From Macrostomum lignano (lineage: Eukaryota): a DNA stretch of 64,000 nucleotides. The notes under the pieces are model-generated. The model was given only the letters and a program-made list of their open reading frames with translations. It did not search any database and was not told where the DNA came from. The stretch's first letter is position 1. Each line of letters opens with the position of its first letter. The DNA is taken from the NCBI GenBank assembly GCA_002269645.1, contig NIVC01000913.1, positions 1-64,000 of the forward strand. Direction: 5' to 3'. The position numbers and the translations under genes are program-made. Below, piece after piece: positions 12,311 through 26,644 of the stretch.

Positions 12311-13206
12311 GGTGAGAGTGAGGCAATAAGATGAAAGCAGAGACACAGGCTGAATTTCTGTGTTGCTTCAACAGCTAAGGTCAGAAATTTGAATATATAT
12401 ATTTATATAGTTATTGCCAGTTGCCACACAAGTATCGGCCTAGCAACACGATAGCAACCGGTCGGTGGGTTTTATAACTTTTATAACAATTTTAAGCAGG
12501 GGTCAAAAAGGGGCCCGCGGCCGGGGGTGACCGGCCCCCCCCCCCTCATGTGCTGCTGCTGCTGCCGGCTTCAATTCTCTTCTGCACGCCGCATGCTCCC
12601 CATGTATGGTTCTAATAAGGCGATAAATATCAAAATTTTATTGCCAGACAGAGTGGCAGAGCAGTTTCTGACCGACTCTGCGGGGCTGGGGGCAGGGGGT
12701 TGCGGGAAATTCAAGTTTTATTAATACCCTTGCGCTCCTTGCAGCCGGCGCTTTCCTATCATTCTCTCTCCTCTCCTCGGTGACCTCGTAGCCCCCCCCC
12801 CCTGCTATGTTAGTGGGAAAATTATTCCAGCTTAATCATGCATTACAAAAAGTTGTAAAATAGCTCGTAGTTGGCCTCTGCGAGATAAACCATCCATCCG
12901 ATGTGTGGTTTGAAATAATCATTTTTATTCGGGTTGACCGACTCGGGTTGGGGGGGTGTTACAGTTGAGCAGTTGTGCTGTGCTGAGTCACTCCTTTACG
13001 GGGGGGGGGGCTTGTGAGCAATAGCGGACTGTGACTCCAGAGCGACTGAGGAGGCTGCTTGGCTGCTGATTTTAGCAAAGTGACGGTGAGATGACAAGCG
13101 AGTTGCGCTTAGAGGGTTAACAAAGATGATGGAGTTATTAGCCAAGTTGTAAGTAGATTAGTGTGAGTTTAGGAAAGTTTTATTTTTATCGATATTCATT
13201 ATCGAG

Positions 13207-15880
13207 AGGTAGATAGATGTAGGATTAGAGGGGTAGATAGATGTAGAATTAGAGGGGTAGATAGATGTAGGATTAGAGAGGTAGATAGATGTAGGATTAG
13301 AGGGGTAGATAGATGTAGGATTAGAGAGGTAGATAGATGTAGGATTAGAGGGGTAGATAGATGTAGGATTAGAGAGGTAGATAGATGTAGGATTAGAGAG
13401 GTAGATAGATGTAGGATTAGAGGGGTAGATAGATGTAGGATTAGAGGGGTAGATAGATGTAGGATTAGAGGGGTAGATGGATGTAGGATTAGAGGGGTAG
13501 ATAGATGTAGGATTAGAGGGGTAGATAGATGTAGGATTAGAGAGGTAGATAGATGTAGGATTAGAGGGGTAGATAGATGTAGGATTAGAGGGGTAGATAG
13601 ATGTAGGATTAGAGGGGTAGATAGATGTAGGATTAGAGAGGTAGATAGATATAGGATTAGAGGGGTAGATAGATGTAGGATTAGAGAGGTAGATAGATGT
13701 AGGATTAGAGGGGTAGATAGATGTAGGATTAGAGAGGTAGATAGATGTAGGATTAGAGAGGTAGATAGATGTAGGATTAGAGAGGTAGATAGATTTAGGA
13801 TTAGAGGGGTAGATAGATGTAGGATTAGAGGGGTAGATAGATGCTGGTTTAGGGGTAGATAGATGTAGGATTAGAGAGGTAGATAGATGTAGGATTAGAG
13901 AGGTAGATAGATGTAGGATTAGAGGGGTAGATAGATGTAGGATTAGAGAGGTAGATAGATGTAGGATTAGAGGGGTAGATAGATGTAGGATTAGAGAGGT
14001 AGATAGATGCTGGTTTAGGGGTAGATAGATGTAGGATTAGAGGGGTAGATAGATGTAGGATTAGAGGGGTAGATAGATGTAGGATTAGAGGGGTAGATAG
14101 ATGTAGGATTAGAGGGGTAGATAGATGCTGGTTTAGGGGTAGATAGATGTAGGATTAGAGAGGTAGATAGATGTAGGATTAGAGAGGTAGATAGATGTAG
14201 GATTAGAGAGGTAGATAGATGTAGGATTAGAGGGGTAGATAGATGTAGGATTAGAGAGGTAGATAGATGTAGGATTAGAGGGGTAGATAGATGTAGGATT
14301 AGAGGGGTAGATAGATGTAGGATTAGAGAGGTAGATAGATGTAGGATTAGAGGGGTAGATAGATGTAGGATTAGAGGGGTAGATAGATGTAGGATTAGAG
14401 GGGTAGATAGATGTAGGATTAGAGGGGTAGATAGATGTAGGATTAGAGGGGTAGATAGATGTAGGATTAGAGGGGTAGATAGATGTAGGATTAGAGAGGT
14501 AGATAGATGTAGGATTAGAGGGGTAGATAGATGTAGGATTAGAGAGGTAGATAGATGTAGGATTAGAGGGGTAGATAGATGTAGGATTAGAGAGGTAGAT
14601 AGATGTAGGATTAGAGGGGTAGATAGATGTAGGATTAGAGGGGTAGATAGATGCTGGTTTAGGGGTAGATAGATGTAGGATTAGAGGGGTAGATAGATGT
14701 AGGATTAGAGGGGTAGATAGATGTAGGATTAGAGGGGTAGATAGATGTAGGATTAGAGGGGTAGATAGATGTAGGATTAGAGGGGTAGATAGATGTAGGA
14801 TTAGAGGGGTAGATAGATGTAGGATTAGAGGGGTAGATAGATGTAGGATTAGAGGGGTAGATAGATGTAGGATTAGAGAGGTAGATAGATGTAGGATTAG
14901 AGGGGTAGATAGATGCTGGTTTAGGGGTAGATAGATGTAGGATTAGAGAGGTAGATAGATGTAGGATTAGAGAGGTAGATAGATGTAGGATTAGAGAGGT
15001 AGATAGATGTAGGATTAGAGGGGTAGATAGATGTAGGATTAGAGAGGTAGATAGATGTAGGATTAGAGGGGTAGATAGATGTAGGATTAGAGAGGTAGAT
15101 AGATGTAGGATTAGAGGGGTAGATAGATGTAGGATTAGAGGGGTAGATAGATGTAGGATTAGAGGGGTAGATAGATGTAGGATTAGAGGGGTAGATAGAT
15201 GTAGGATTAGAGAGGTAGATAGATGTAGGATTAGAGAGGTAGATAGATGTAGGATTAGAGAGGTAGATAGATGTAGGATTAGAGGGGTAGATAGATGTAG
15301 GATTAGAGGGGTAGATAGATGTAGGATTAGAGGGGTAGATAGATGTAGGATTAGAGAGGTAGATAGATGTAGGATTAGAGGGGTAGATAGATGTAGGATT
15401 AGAGGGGTATATAGATGTAGGATTAGAGGGGTAGATAGATGTAGGATTAGAGAGGTAGATAGATGCTGGTTTAGGGGTAGATAGATGTAGGATTAGAGAG
15501 GTAGATAGATGTAGGATTAGAGGGGTAGATAGATGTAGGATTAGAGGGGTAGATAGATGTAGGATTAGAGAGGTAGATAGATGTAGGATTAGAGGGGTAG
15601 ATAGATGTAGGATTAGAGGGGTAGATAGATGTAGGATTAGAGGGGTAGATAGATGTAGGATTAGAGGGGTAGATAGATGTAGGATTAAAGGGGTAGATAG
15701 ATGTAGGATTAAAGGGGTAGATAGATGTAGGATTAGAGGGGTAGATAGATGTAGGATTAGAGGGGTAGATAGATGTAGGATTTGAGGAGTAGATAGATGC
15801 TGGTTTAGGGGTAGATAGATGCTGGGGTTTAGATGGGTAGATAAATGCGGGAATAGAGGGGTAGATAGATGTAGGATTAG
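13207..15880. repeat. Minisatellite with 24-bp unit GTAGATAGATGTAGGATTAGAG(G/A)G, ~2.7 kb
   Basis: Highly homogeneous tandem units with occasional GCTGGTTTAGGG variants. Confidence 0.97.
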
Positions 15881-16399
15881 AGTGTTGATGGATAAGCAAC
15901 CAGATCAGAGGGCAGAATTATAAAGATCATCTGGATTGATTCAAGAGAATGCGATGGCAGACAGGCTGTGGAATAATCGAGAAATATCCCATTTTAAAAA
16001 TTCCTTATTTTCTCAAGCGGCCTCTCCAAAAACAGAACAAAAAGCAGAAAGAAATTGCGCAAATTGAAATTGTGCGCACCCTGATACGACACGAGTATCT
16101 GCGCAAGCTTTTTGCGCAGTTTAAGCTTTTTAACAGTAAGCCGTATTGGCGGCGCTGCGGGTAGGAATAGCCAAGCAGAAGCAGCAACCTGGCTTTTCTT
16201 GTCTCGGGTATTAGTGAAAGAAATTGCAGTCTCTGGGGATACCTACATGTAGCAGGCCGCGATAGGGAGGGAAGAATGGGACGGAGGCTGTGCTGAAAAC
16301 ATGGCGTTTTAAAATGCCGAATCTGGGTATAGCAATCTGAAATTCGGGGTTGACAAAGTCTCGATATTGTGAACTTTGAGGATTGCTATATGGATTTTA

Positions 16400-16770
16400 T
16401 TGGGGAAGTTTAAGAATTGGGGAAGTTTAAGAATTGGGGAAGTTTAAGGATTGGGGAAGTTTAAGGATTGGGCAAGTTTAAGGATTGGGCAAGTTTAAGG
16501 ATTGGGGAAGTTCAAGGATTGTGGAAGTTCAAGGATTGGGGAAGTTTAAGAATTAGGGAAGTTTAAGGATTGGGGAAGTTTAAGGATTGGGGAAGTTTAA
16601 AAATTGGGGAAGTTCAAGGATTGGGGAAGTTTAAGAATTGGGGAAGTTTAAGGATTGGGGAAGTTCAAGGATTGGGGAAGTTCAAGGATTAAGGAAGTTT
16701 AAGGATTGGGGAAGCTTAAGAATTTGGGAAGTTTAAGGATTGGGGAAGTTTAAGGATTGGGGAAGTTTAA
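16400..16770. repeat. Minisatellite with 17-bp unit TTGGGGAAGTTTAAGGA
   Basis: Tandem units visible. Confidence 0.92.
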
Positions 16771-17636
16771 GGGTTTAGCTGATTGTGAAGTTGAATTTTT
16801 GGAATGTTGAAGTAGATTGAAATTGGGAATTTCGAGGAGCCACTCTGCAGAGGCTGGCCAGCCTGAAGCCGAGCCTGAAGGAAGGTTAGGAAAGCAGGGT
16901 GGAAGGCCTGCCTGCCTGAAGAGGCAGATGCGAAGACGGCCTGTCTCAGTATGCGCTGGGGCTGGTATTAAAACTGGAGCAATTTTTTCTTCAGCTTTGC
17001 TGCAAACTTTATGCAAGCGCCCATGATAGATACGCGGCCTCGACAAGCCTTATCTGCCACCCCTCTAGCCTTCTCCCCACTCGTATCTTTATGCAATTTT
17101 TATTTGGATCCCCTTGGCTAACTAGACCCCGCAGTGAACCCTGCAGTTGTAGGTAAATATTTGGGGGTCTGCGGGCGGCGGGCCTTCTATCTCTGCCTCC
17201 TCTCTGATTTATCGGCAATTTCTCCCTCTCTCTCTCTCTGGTCTGCTGGTCTCTACCGGACTGGTTGCTACATGGAGCTGTGGGGCACTGTAGTTTATGA
17301 CGGCGAGCCACTTAATGCCCCCCTCCCAACCGAACCGACTTTTGAAGGCCGGTTGAGGCCCGATGGGTTGGTGGCAGTTATTTTTTATCTCTTTTGTTGG
17401 ATATTTATTGGCGGCCGGTGCTTTTTTCTGGGCGCCTTCAGGAGATGCTTTGGCCAATTTTTGCTCCGGTGCTGCCCTGTTGGTGGCGTGTTTTTTTTTC
17501 TGGTTGGGCTTTTGCCTTCTTTGCGGGCGATTTCGGTGCGAATATCCGGGGCTAATTGGGGTTGGGCCTGGGGCTTGTTAAAGACTAAGGTGGCTTTAAT
17601 GCACCGGCGGTCTGGGGTGCAGGCAGGCGGGCGGAC

Positions 17637-17851
<215 letters not shown>

Positions 17852-18289
17852 CGCCCAGAGCTAATGTAGCAGCCACTAGCCCCAGTACCTTACTTGCCCT
17901 CTTGGAATCCTTGTGGCTGTACATCACAATTCGGCCTATATTTAGCCCACTGGAACACACGATCGTACCAACTCGCAATGCAGCAAATCTGCCTTTAGAG
18001 CTGCGTACAAGCAGGCCGCTCATGTCTAGCCAGTACGAACTGGGCATGACTAATTGACTGAGCAGAATAACATTTGTTCATTTTTTTTCTAGCCAAGCGT
18101 AAAGCTGTAAGACAGCTCAGCCAGTTGGATTCCAGGCGGCAACGGAGAGGGAAGATGCAGTCAGGCTGGGTTATGAAAGGTTAGCTTGGCCCATCAGTCC
18201 GTAACCGCTCTCAGGAATTGAGGCGAGTATCATGAGAGACAGATACAGTGCATTGAGAAAGATGTCCGAGTCCATTCGACTTTCTTTGC

Positions 18290-18941
<652 letters not shown>

Positions 18942-19677
18942 CCACCCATCTACTTGCCCAATCTCCTGTGCCCATGGCACCTGCACTGTTTCGCGGTCCA
19001 GTGTCCCTGGTAATCCTGAGATGTAAAGAATCGACAAGCAAGTGCCGCTTGAGAGGGGAGGCAAGGGAGATTGGGTAATCGCGGAGGCAACGGGAAAAGC
19101 TGGGAACAGCTGCTGCCTTGTAATAAATTGTTGATACTCAATCAACGTTTTAGCCATCGCTTCCTCAGAGTCACCGTCCCCAAACTCTGCTCAACTTTGG
19201 CCTGAGTCTGGCTGGCTGGGGACTCGTTTGGGTGGGGGGGGGGGGTTTACGCGGAAATTTATGAATGAGAAACGATGGGATTCTTTTCCCAGCCCCATCA
19301 GCCCGGGCCCGCCTGATTGCGCGGGCGGCAAAAGATTTACAATCTAGTCAGGGCCGACACTTCCCGGGGGTCCTGGGCTGGGAAACATGAGCGAAATATC
19401 GGGGAATGAGAGCAGTAAAATTTTTACTGCGAGAACAGCTTTTTCTAGTCTAAAACTGAACTCTTCAACCCCCGGAGGCGATTAATTCAACTGCGCTGAG
19501 CCAGTCATCTGCTGACTAGCGGCCTGTTTAACTCTGAGATGCATCTCCGTTTCTAGTGCGGCTTTCTCTGTCTATATGTAGAACATGTATTCAATATTAG
19601 CATTAGAATAGATTTACATTGCGTTAATCAGGGCGTTTTGAAATGAGTAATCAAATCAGACCCTCTTGCCAATTCTC

Positions 19678-20077
19678 ACCGTCCCTTACCCAATGTACAC
19701 TGGCTCCCTCCAACCCCCTGTCCCTTACCCAATGTACACTGGCACCCCTCCAACCCCCTGTCCCTTACCCAATGTACACTGGCTCTCCGCCAACCCCCCT
19801 GTCCCTTACCCAATGTACACTGGCACCCCTCCAACCCCCTGTCCCTTCCCCAATGTATACTGGCTCCCCACCAACCCCCTGTCCCTTACCCTATGTACAC
19901 TGGCTCTCCGCCAACCCCCCTGTCCCTTCACCAATGTACACTGGCTCCCTCTAACCCCCTGTCCCTTACCCAATGTACACTGGCTCTCTGCCAACCATCT
20001 GTCCCTTACCCAATGTACACTGGCTCTCCGCCAACCCTCTGTCCCTTACCCAATGTACACTGGCTCTCCGCCAACCC
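19678..20077. repeat. Minisatellite with ~40-42-bp unit CCCTGTCCCTTACCCAATGTACACTGGCTCTCCGCCAACC
   Basis: About 10 tandem units ending at the ADAM splice acceptor. Confidence 0.93.
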
Positions 20078-20082
20078 CGCAG

Positions 20083-20551
20083 CTTCATCGCTCCGCGCGG
20101 CAGCTTCCAGCTGCGCTACAAGGAGGGCGACCAGCAGGCCGTGTCGGACAAATTCTCTCGCTGCTTCTACGAAGGCAAGATTCAAGGTGATCCGCAGTCC
20201 AGCGCATTTGTTGACGTCTGCTCCGACAGGGTGCACGGAATATTCCGCTACCAAGGCGCCGACTTCACCATCCAGCCGATCGAATGCAACCTCTGCCAGG
20301 TCTACAAGCCGCACGCCGTGCTACCTGTTGTTCAGCATCAGAAATCGCCAGACGCTATCGACCGGCCCATCGTGCGCGACCCGGCCGTGAAGACGTTCTT
20401 CGCCGCGTTCACCGAGCTGCTCCAACCGTCTGTCGGCGGCCAGCCAGCCAGCGCACTGCTGGACAGAGTTGTGGCCTCCGGTTGGCCCCCGGCTGCTCCG
20501 CCAGCCAAGGAATTCGTAGTGAAACTGGCCGTGGTTATCGACTATTCGCTG
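20083..20551 (+). CDS. ADAM-family protein, prodomain exon plus the start of the reprolysin domain (upstream exons not located)
   Basis: CCGCAG acceptor (phase 2). Contains RCFYEGKIQGDPQSSAFVDVC...GIFRYQGADFTIQP (Pep_M12B prodomain pattern) and ends KLAVVIDYSL (reprolysin ELAVVAD-like), followed by a phase-0 GT. Confidence 0.85.
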
Positions 20552-20579
20552 GTGCGCCTCTCATTGTGTCACATCTAAT

Positions 20580-21030
20580 CTTAGGGAATCTCACCTGAAC
20601 AGCTTGATATCTAATCTTATTCAATCTAATCTTAGCTCATCTCATCTCATCTCATCCAATCTTGTCTCAGCTCATCCAATCTAATCTTAGCTCATCCAAT
20701 CTTGTCTCAGCTTATCCAATCTAGTCTCAGCTTATCCGGTCTAGTCTCAGCTCATCTCATCTCATCTCATCCAATCTAGTCTCAGCTCATCCGATCTAGT
20801 CTCAGCTCATCCAATCTAGTCTCAGCTCATTCAATCTAGTCTCAGCTCATCCAATCTAGTCTCAGCTCATTCAATCTAGTCTCAGCTCATCCAATCTAGT
20901 CTCAGCTCATCCAACCTAATCTCAGCTCATCCAATCTAGTCTCAGCTCATCCAACCTAATCTCAGCTCAACCAATCTAGTCTCAGCTCATCCAATCTGAT
21001 CTTAGCTTTAATCTAATCTAGTCTAATCTC
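20580..21030. repeat. Intronic minisatellite with ~20-bp unit ATCTAGTCTCAGCTCATCCA
   Basis: Tandem units visible. Confidence 0.9.
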
Positions 21031-21094
21031 ATGTGGGGACAATCTCGCAATCAAAATCAATCTCAGCAAATCTCTCGCCCCCTTCGCCCCGCAG

Positions 21095-21519
21095 TACTCC
21101 TCCCTAGGCCGGTCCCAGGGCGCCGCCAGTTCCCTGGCCGGTCGCGTAGTTGGCCAGGCCAACCGCCTGCTGACCAACAGCCGCGTGGCCCTCCGCCTGC
21201 AGTCCCTGGAGCTGCTGGACTCGGCCGGCCTGCCGCCCCTGAACGGCAGTCTCCGCGCCGGCCTGCTGGCGGCTCTGGACCGGGCCCGGCTCAGGCGGTT
21301 GCCAGCCGAACAGGCCCTGCTGCTGCTCACCGGGGCCAACTACTCAACTAGGAGCGAGCACCTCAGCATGATGGACAGCGTCTGTACGGGCCGGGCCGCC
21401 TCCATTGTCCGAGTGGCCGGCGGCGGCTCCACAGAATGGCCGAGGACCGCCCGACTGGCCGGCCTGGCTGTGGCCGAACAGCTGGGCATGCTGGCCTTCC
21501 CCTGCCTCACTGGCAGCGA
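21095..21519 (+). CDS. ADAM exon: degenerate reprolysin (M12B) domain
   Basis: CCGCAG acceptor in phase 0 gives DYSL|YSSLG. Contains LLLTG, SVC and AGLAVAEQLGM at the HExxH position; GA|GTGAGT donor (phase 2). Confidence 0.85.
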
Positions 21520-21579
21520 GTGAGTTGGACTCCGGCTGGTTTCTGGGGAGCAGCTTGTAACTAGAGTCCTCAAGAAAAT

Positions 21580-24540
21580 CCCCTTTAGATAAAAAGTATC
21601 CCGGATCCCATCGGGTTCTAAAATATCCCTAATCCCATCTGATTATTAAATATCCCAAATCCCATCTGATTATAAAATATCCCAAATCCCATCTGATTAT
21701 AAAATATCCCAAATCCCATCTGATTATAAAATATCCCAAATCCCATCTGATTATAAAGTATCCCAAATCCCATCTGATTATTAAATATCCCTAATCCCAT
21801 CTGATTATAAAATATCCCAAATCCTATCGGGTTCTAAAATATCCCGAATCCCATCTGATTATTAAATATCCCAAATCCCATCTGATTATTAAATATCCCT
21901 AATCCCATCTGATTATAAAGTATCCCAAATCCCATCTGATTATTAAATATCCCTAATCCCATCTGATTATAAAATATCCCAAATCCCATCTGATTATAAA
22001 GTATCCCAAATCCCATCTGATTATTAAATATCCCTAATCCCATCTGATTATAAAATATCCCAAATCCTATCGGGTTCTAAAATATCCCGAATCCCATCTG
22101 ATTATTAAATATCCCAAATCCCATCTGATTATTAAATATCCCTAATCCCATCTGATTATAAAGTATCCCAAATCCCATCTGATTATTAAATATCCCTAAT
22201 CCCATCTGATTATAAAATATCCCAAATCCCATCTGATTATAAAGTATCCCAAATCCCATCTGATTATTAAATATCCCTAATCCCATCTGATTATAAAATA
22301 TCCCAAATCCTATCGGGTTCTAAAATATCCCAATCCCATCTGATTATTAAATATCCCAAATCCCATCTGATTATTAAATATCCCTAATCCCATCTGATTA
22401 TAAAGTATCCCAAATCCCATCTGATTATTAAATATCCCTAATCCCATCTGATTATAAAATATCCCAAATCCCATCTGATTATAAATATCCCAAATCCCAT
22501 CTGATTATAAAATATCCCAAATCCTATCGATTCTAAAATATCCCAAATCCCATCTGATTATAAATATCCAAATCCCATCTGATTATTAAATATCCCTAAT
22601 CCCATCTGATTATAAAGTATCCCAAATCCCATCTGATTATAAATATCCAAATCCCATCTGATTATAAATATCCCAAATCCCATCTGATTATAAAATATCC
22701 CAAATCCCATCTGATTATAAAATATCCCAAATCCCATCGGGTTCTAAAATATCCCAAATCCCATCTGATTATAAATATCCCAAATCCCATCTGATTATAA
22801 ATATCCCAAATCCCATCTGATTATAAAATATCCCAAATCCCATCTGATTATAAAATATCCCAAATCCCATCTGATTATAAAATATCCAAATCCCATCTGA
22901 TTATAAAATATCCCAAATCCCATCGATTATAAAATATCCCAAATCCCATCTGATTATAAAATATCCCAAATCCCATCTGATTATAAATATCCCAAATCCC
23001 ATCTGATTATAAAATATCCCAAATCCCATCTGATTATAAAATATCCCAAATCCCATCTGATTATAAAATATCCAAATCCCATCTGATTATAAATATCCCA
23101 AATCCCATCTGATTATAAAGTATCCCAAATCCCATCTGATTATAAATATCCAAATCCCATCGATTATAAAATATCCCAAATCCCATCTGATTATAAAATA
23201 TCCAAATCCCATCGGGTTATAAAATATCCCAAATCCCATCTATATAAAATATCCAAATCCCATCGATTATAAAATATCCCAAATCCCATCGGGTTCTAAA
23301 ATATCCCAAATCCCATCTGATTATAAAATATCCAAATCCCATCGGTTATAAAATATCCAAATCCCACTGATTATAAAATATCCCAAATCCCATCTGATTA
23401 TAAAATATCCAAATCCCACTGATTATAAAATATCCCAAATCCCATCTGATTATAAAATATCCCAAATCCCATCTGATTATAAAATATCCCAAATCCCATC
23501 TGATTATAAAATATCCAAAATCCCACCTGATTATAAAATATCCCAAATCCCATCTGATTATAAAATATCCAAATCCCACTGATTATAAAATATCCCAAAT
23601 CCCACCTGATTATAAAATATCCCAAATCCCATCTGATTATAAAATATCCAAATCCCACCTGATTATAAAATATCCCAAATCCCATCTGATTATAAAATAT
23701 CCCAAATCCCATCTGATTATAAAATATCCCAAATCCCATCTGATTATAAAATATCCCAAATCCCATCTGATTATAAAATATCCCAAATCCCACTGATTAT
23801 AAAATATCCCAAATCCCACTGATTATAAAATATCCCAAATCCCATCTGATTATAAAATATCCAAATCCCACCTGATTATAAAATATCCCAAATCCCACCT
23901 GATTATAAAATATCCCAAATCCCATCTGATTATAAAATATCCCAAATCCCATCTGATTATAAAATATCCCAAATCCCATCTGATTATAAAATATCCCAAA
24001 TCCCATCTGATTATAAAATATCCAAAATCCCACTGATTATAAAATATCCCAAATCCCACTGATTATAAAATATCCCAAATCCCATCTGATTATAAAATAT
24101 CCAAAATCCCACTGATTATAAAATATCCCAAATCCCACCTGATTATAAAATATCCCAAATCCCATCTGATTATAAAATATCCCAAATCCCATCTGATTAT
24201 AAAATATCCCAAATCCCATCTGATTATAAAATATCCAAATCCCACCTGATTATAAAATATCCCAAATCCCATCTGATTATAAAATATCCAAATCCCATCT
24301 GATTATAAAATATCCAAAATCCCACTGATTATAAAATATCCAAAATCCCACCTGATTATAAAATATCCCAAATCCCATCTGATTATAAAATATCCAAAAT
24401 CCCACCTGATTATAAAATATCCAAAATCCCATCTAGCTATAAAATATCCAAAATCCCAACGGGTTATAAAATATCCCAAATCCCATCGGGTTCTAAAATA
24501 TCCCAAATCCCATCGGGTTATAAAATATCCCCAATCGGCC
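21580..24540. repeat. Intronic minisatellite with 27-bp unit AAATATCCCAAATCCCATCTGATTATA, ~3 kb
   Basis: Tandem units, with many 1-bp deletions in the middle third. Confidence 0.97.
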
Positions 24541-25284
24541 AATCCCATCAGGATACTACGAGCCTAAATCTTTTTGGAAATTCTTTTTGGTTATAAAATA
24601 TTTAACAGTCAAAATTTTCCCATAGACATGCCAAATCCTCACTTCGGTGCTGCACCGCTGATAGATGCGCGAAGGCAGTGGCTGAATAGTTCAATTGCGT
24701 CGTTTTTAAGCGTCTGCTTGACGCAACAGAAAAAAGTGTACGGGGTATTCGCGCCACCTGCGCAAAAGCTGAAGTTCGCTCTGCTGGCTTTCGAGTCCAC
24801 TCGAGCCCTTTGGGAGGCCAGCCAGTGGGAGACAGATCCCAGCTTATCGCGTCTCCCACTGTCGGCAGATAAAAAGAAGCAGACAAAAAAGTTTTTTTGC
24901 AGACAGAAATCGCTTGTTGGACCCCCCCTCCCATAGGAATGTGCCGGCCGTTAAGTCTCGTCGCCCAGTTATATTCAATCCACGGATCATAAATCATTAT
25001 GCCTCAGGGTATTTATTTGGCCATTACACAGATTAGATCTGGCGGAGGGTTTGTTCTGCCAGCCAGATGAAGCAATTATGCATAATTAAAAAATCTTTAT
25101 CTGCGCGTGTTTCCGGTGACTGGGACTGTGGAAATTTTATTTTATTACAATTTTGGTTTGTCTGTTAGTCTACTTCAAGTAGCCTTGTTCGAAAGCGCGA
25201 AAAAGTTTCCTGTTTCTTTTAAAATCAGCCCTGGACTCTCGGCCCTCCCTCTCCGTTCGATCTCTCTGGCGTTCTCACTCTCTC

Positions 25285-25540
25285 TTTCCCCCTACTCTCC
25301 CTCTCCCCCTACACTAATTCCCCTCCCACTGTCCCACTCTCCCACTCTCCATCTCCCCCTACACTCCTCTCCCAGTCTCCCACTCTCCATCTCCCTCTAC
25401 ACTCCCTCTCCCAGTCTCCCACTCTCCATCATCTCCCCCTACACTCCCTCTTCCATTATTCCAATCCCGCTCTCCTATTCTCTCGCTTTCCCTCTCCCAA
25501 TCTGCTTCTCCCTCTCCCCCTCTTCCCTACCCATCTCCCT
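25285..25540. repeat. CT-rich low-complexity tract
   Basis: Pyrimidine-rich degenerate repeat. Confidence 0.7.
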
Positions 25541-25687
25541 TCTTTATGAGCCACGGTGCCGTTCAGTTCGAACTGCAGGGGCGCACTTGCAACTACTAGT
25601 AATAAATAATCTCAAACTAATAATTTTGAGTTCTATTTAGACTCACAAACAACAGCAGTTCTCAACCTCTCTGCCCGCTCCCTCCAG

Positions 25688-26644
25688 CTGCAGCCCGGAC
25701 CGCCTGCTCACCCGCTCAGACGCGCAGCGCCTGGAGGCCGCGCTCCAAGCCGGCACAGCCGACTGCCTGCTCAACGGAGCAGCCGCTCCCAGCAGCGACC
25801 TGCGCTTGTGCGGCAATGGCCGCCTGGACCGGTCGGAGGAATGCGACGCCAGCAGCGCCGGCCCCGCCTGCTGCAACGCGACGACCTGCATGCTGCACAG
25901 CTGGGCCACCTGCCGCGCCGGCAGCGGCGCCTGCTGCTCCGGCTGCCGACTGAGGCCGGCCGGCTCGATTTGTCGGGCCTCGACAAACAACTGCGACTTG
26001 CCGGAGCTGTGCAACGGCACTGACGAGGCCTGTCCTGACGACTCCAAACTGGCCGACTGGCAGCCGTGCGCCGGCCAGTCTGGCGGTGGGGACCAGCTCC
26101 GGTGGTGCCTGTCCGGCCAGTGCGCGCCCACCAGGGAGGCCTCCTGCCAAAAGGTGTGGGGCGCCAGCGCCAGCGCGGGCCCTCTGGAGTGCTACGAGGG
26201 CATCAAGCTGGACCCCTGCGCCACCCTCATGTGCGTCGGCGGTCAGGGCAAGCCGGTCCACGAGCTGAAGGTCCAGTGGCCGAACAGCACCGAGTTGAAG
26301 TGCCGGTACAAGTCGATGGACATTGCGCTGCCGGACGGCAGTTCCTGTCCGAGCGGCACCGCCTGCTTGTCCGGCCGGTGTCTGCAGCCGCCGAATTGGC
26401 CGGCCGCGTGGCCGCCTCGGTTGCCTGTCCGCGAGACAGCCAGACGCATCTCGTCTGCTCCGGCCGCGGTGTCTGCACCACCAGAGCGGCCTGTCTGTGC
26501 CGGCCGGGCTGGACGGGGCGCTCCTGCGAGCGGCGTCTCGGCCCCAATGACCGCGTGAACCTGCTGCAGCAGCTGTACTGGTCCCCCGCCCAGGGCAGCC
26601 GGGACTCCAACCCGACGGACAAGGGAAACGGGGATTGGACAATT
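25688..26644 (+). CDS. ADAM exon: disintegrin, cysteine-rich and EGF-like domains (1-nt frameshift near 26390)
   Basis: CTCCAG acceptor (phase 2). Contains CGNGRLDRSEECD, CCNATTC, CRASTNNCDLPELC and DGSSCPSGTACLSGRC. The EGF CSGRGVCTTRAACLCRPGWTGRSC continues in the -1 frame to an ATT|GTGAGT donor. Confidence 0.85.

Noticed and set aside
12420-13200. Possible ADAM first exon (VLLLLPASILFC, signal-peptide-like, near 12550)
   Set aside because: There is no in-frame ATG or phase-2 donor linking it to 20083, and the segment is homopolymer-rich and looks low quality.
13207-15880. Telomere-like TTAGAGGG/TTTAGGG words in the 24-bp array
   Set aside because: There are no tandem TTAGGG runs; the resemblance is confined to part of a longer unit.
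25643-26642. Antisense and alternate-frame ORFs over the ADAM exon (and 33133-35203 over the M13-like gene)
   Set aside because: These are shadow ORFs expected from GC-rich codon usage; the domain-bearing frame explains the region.
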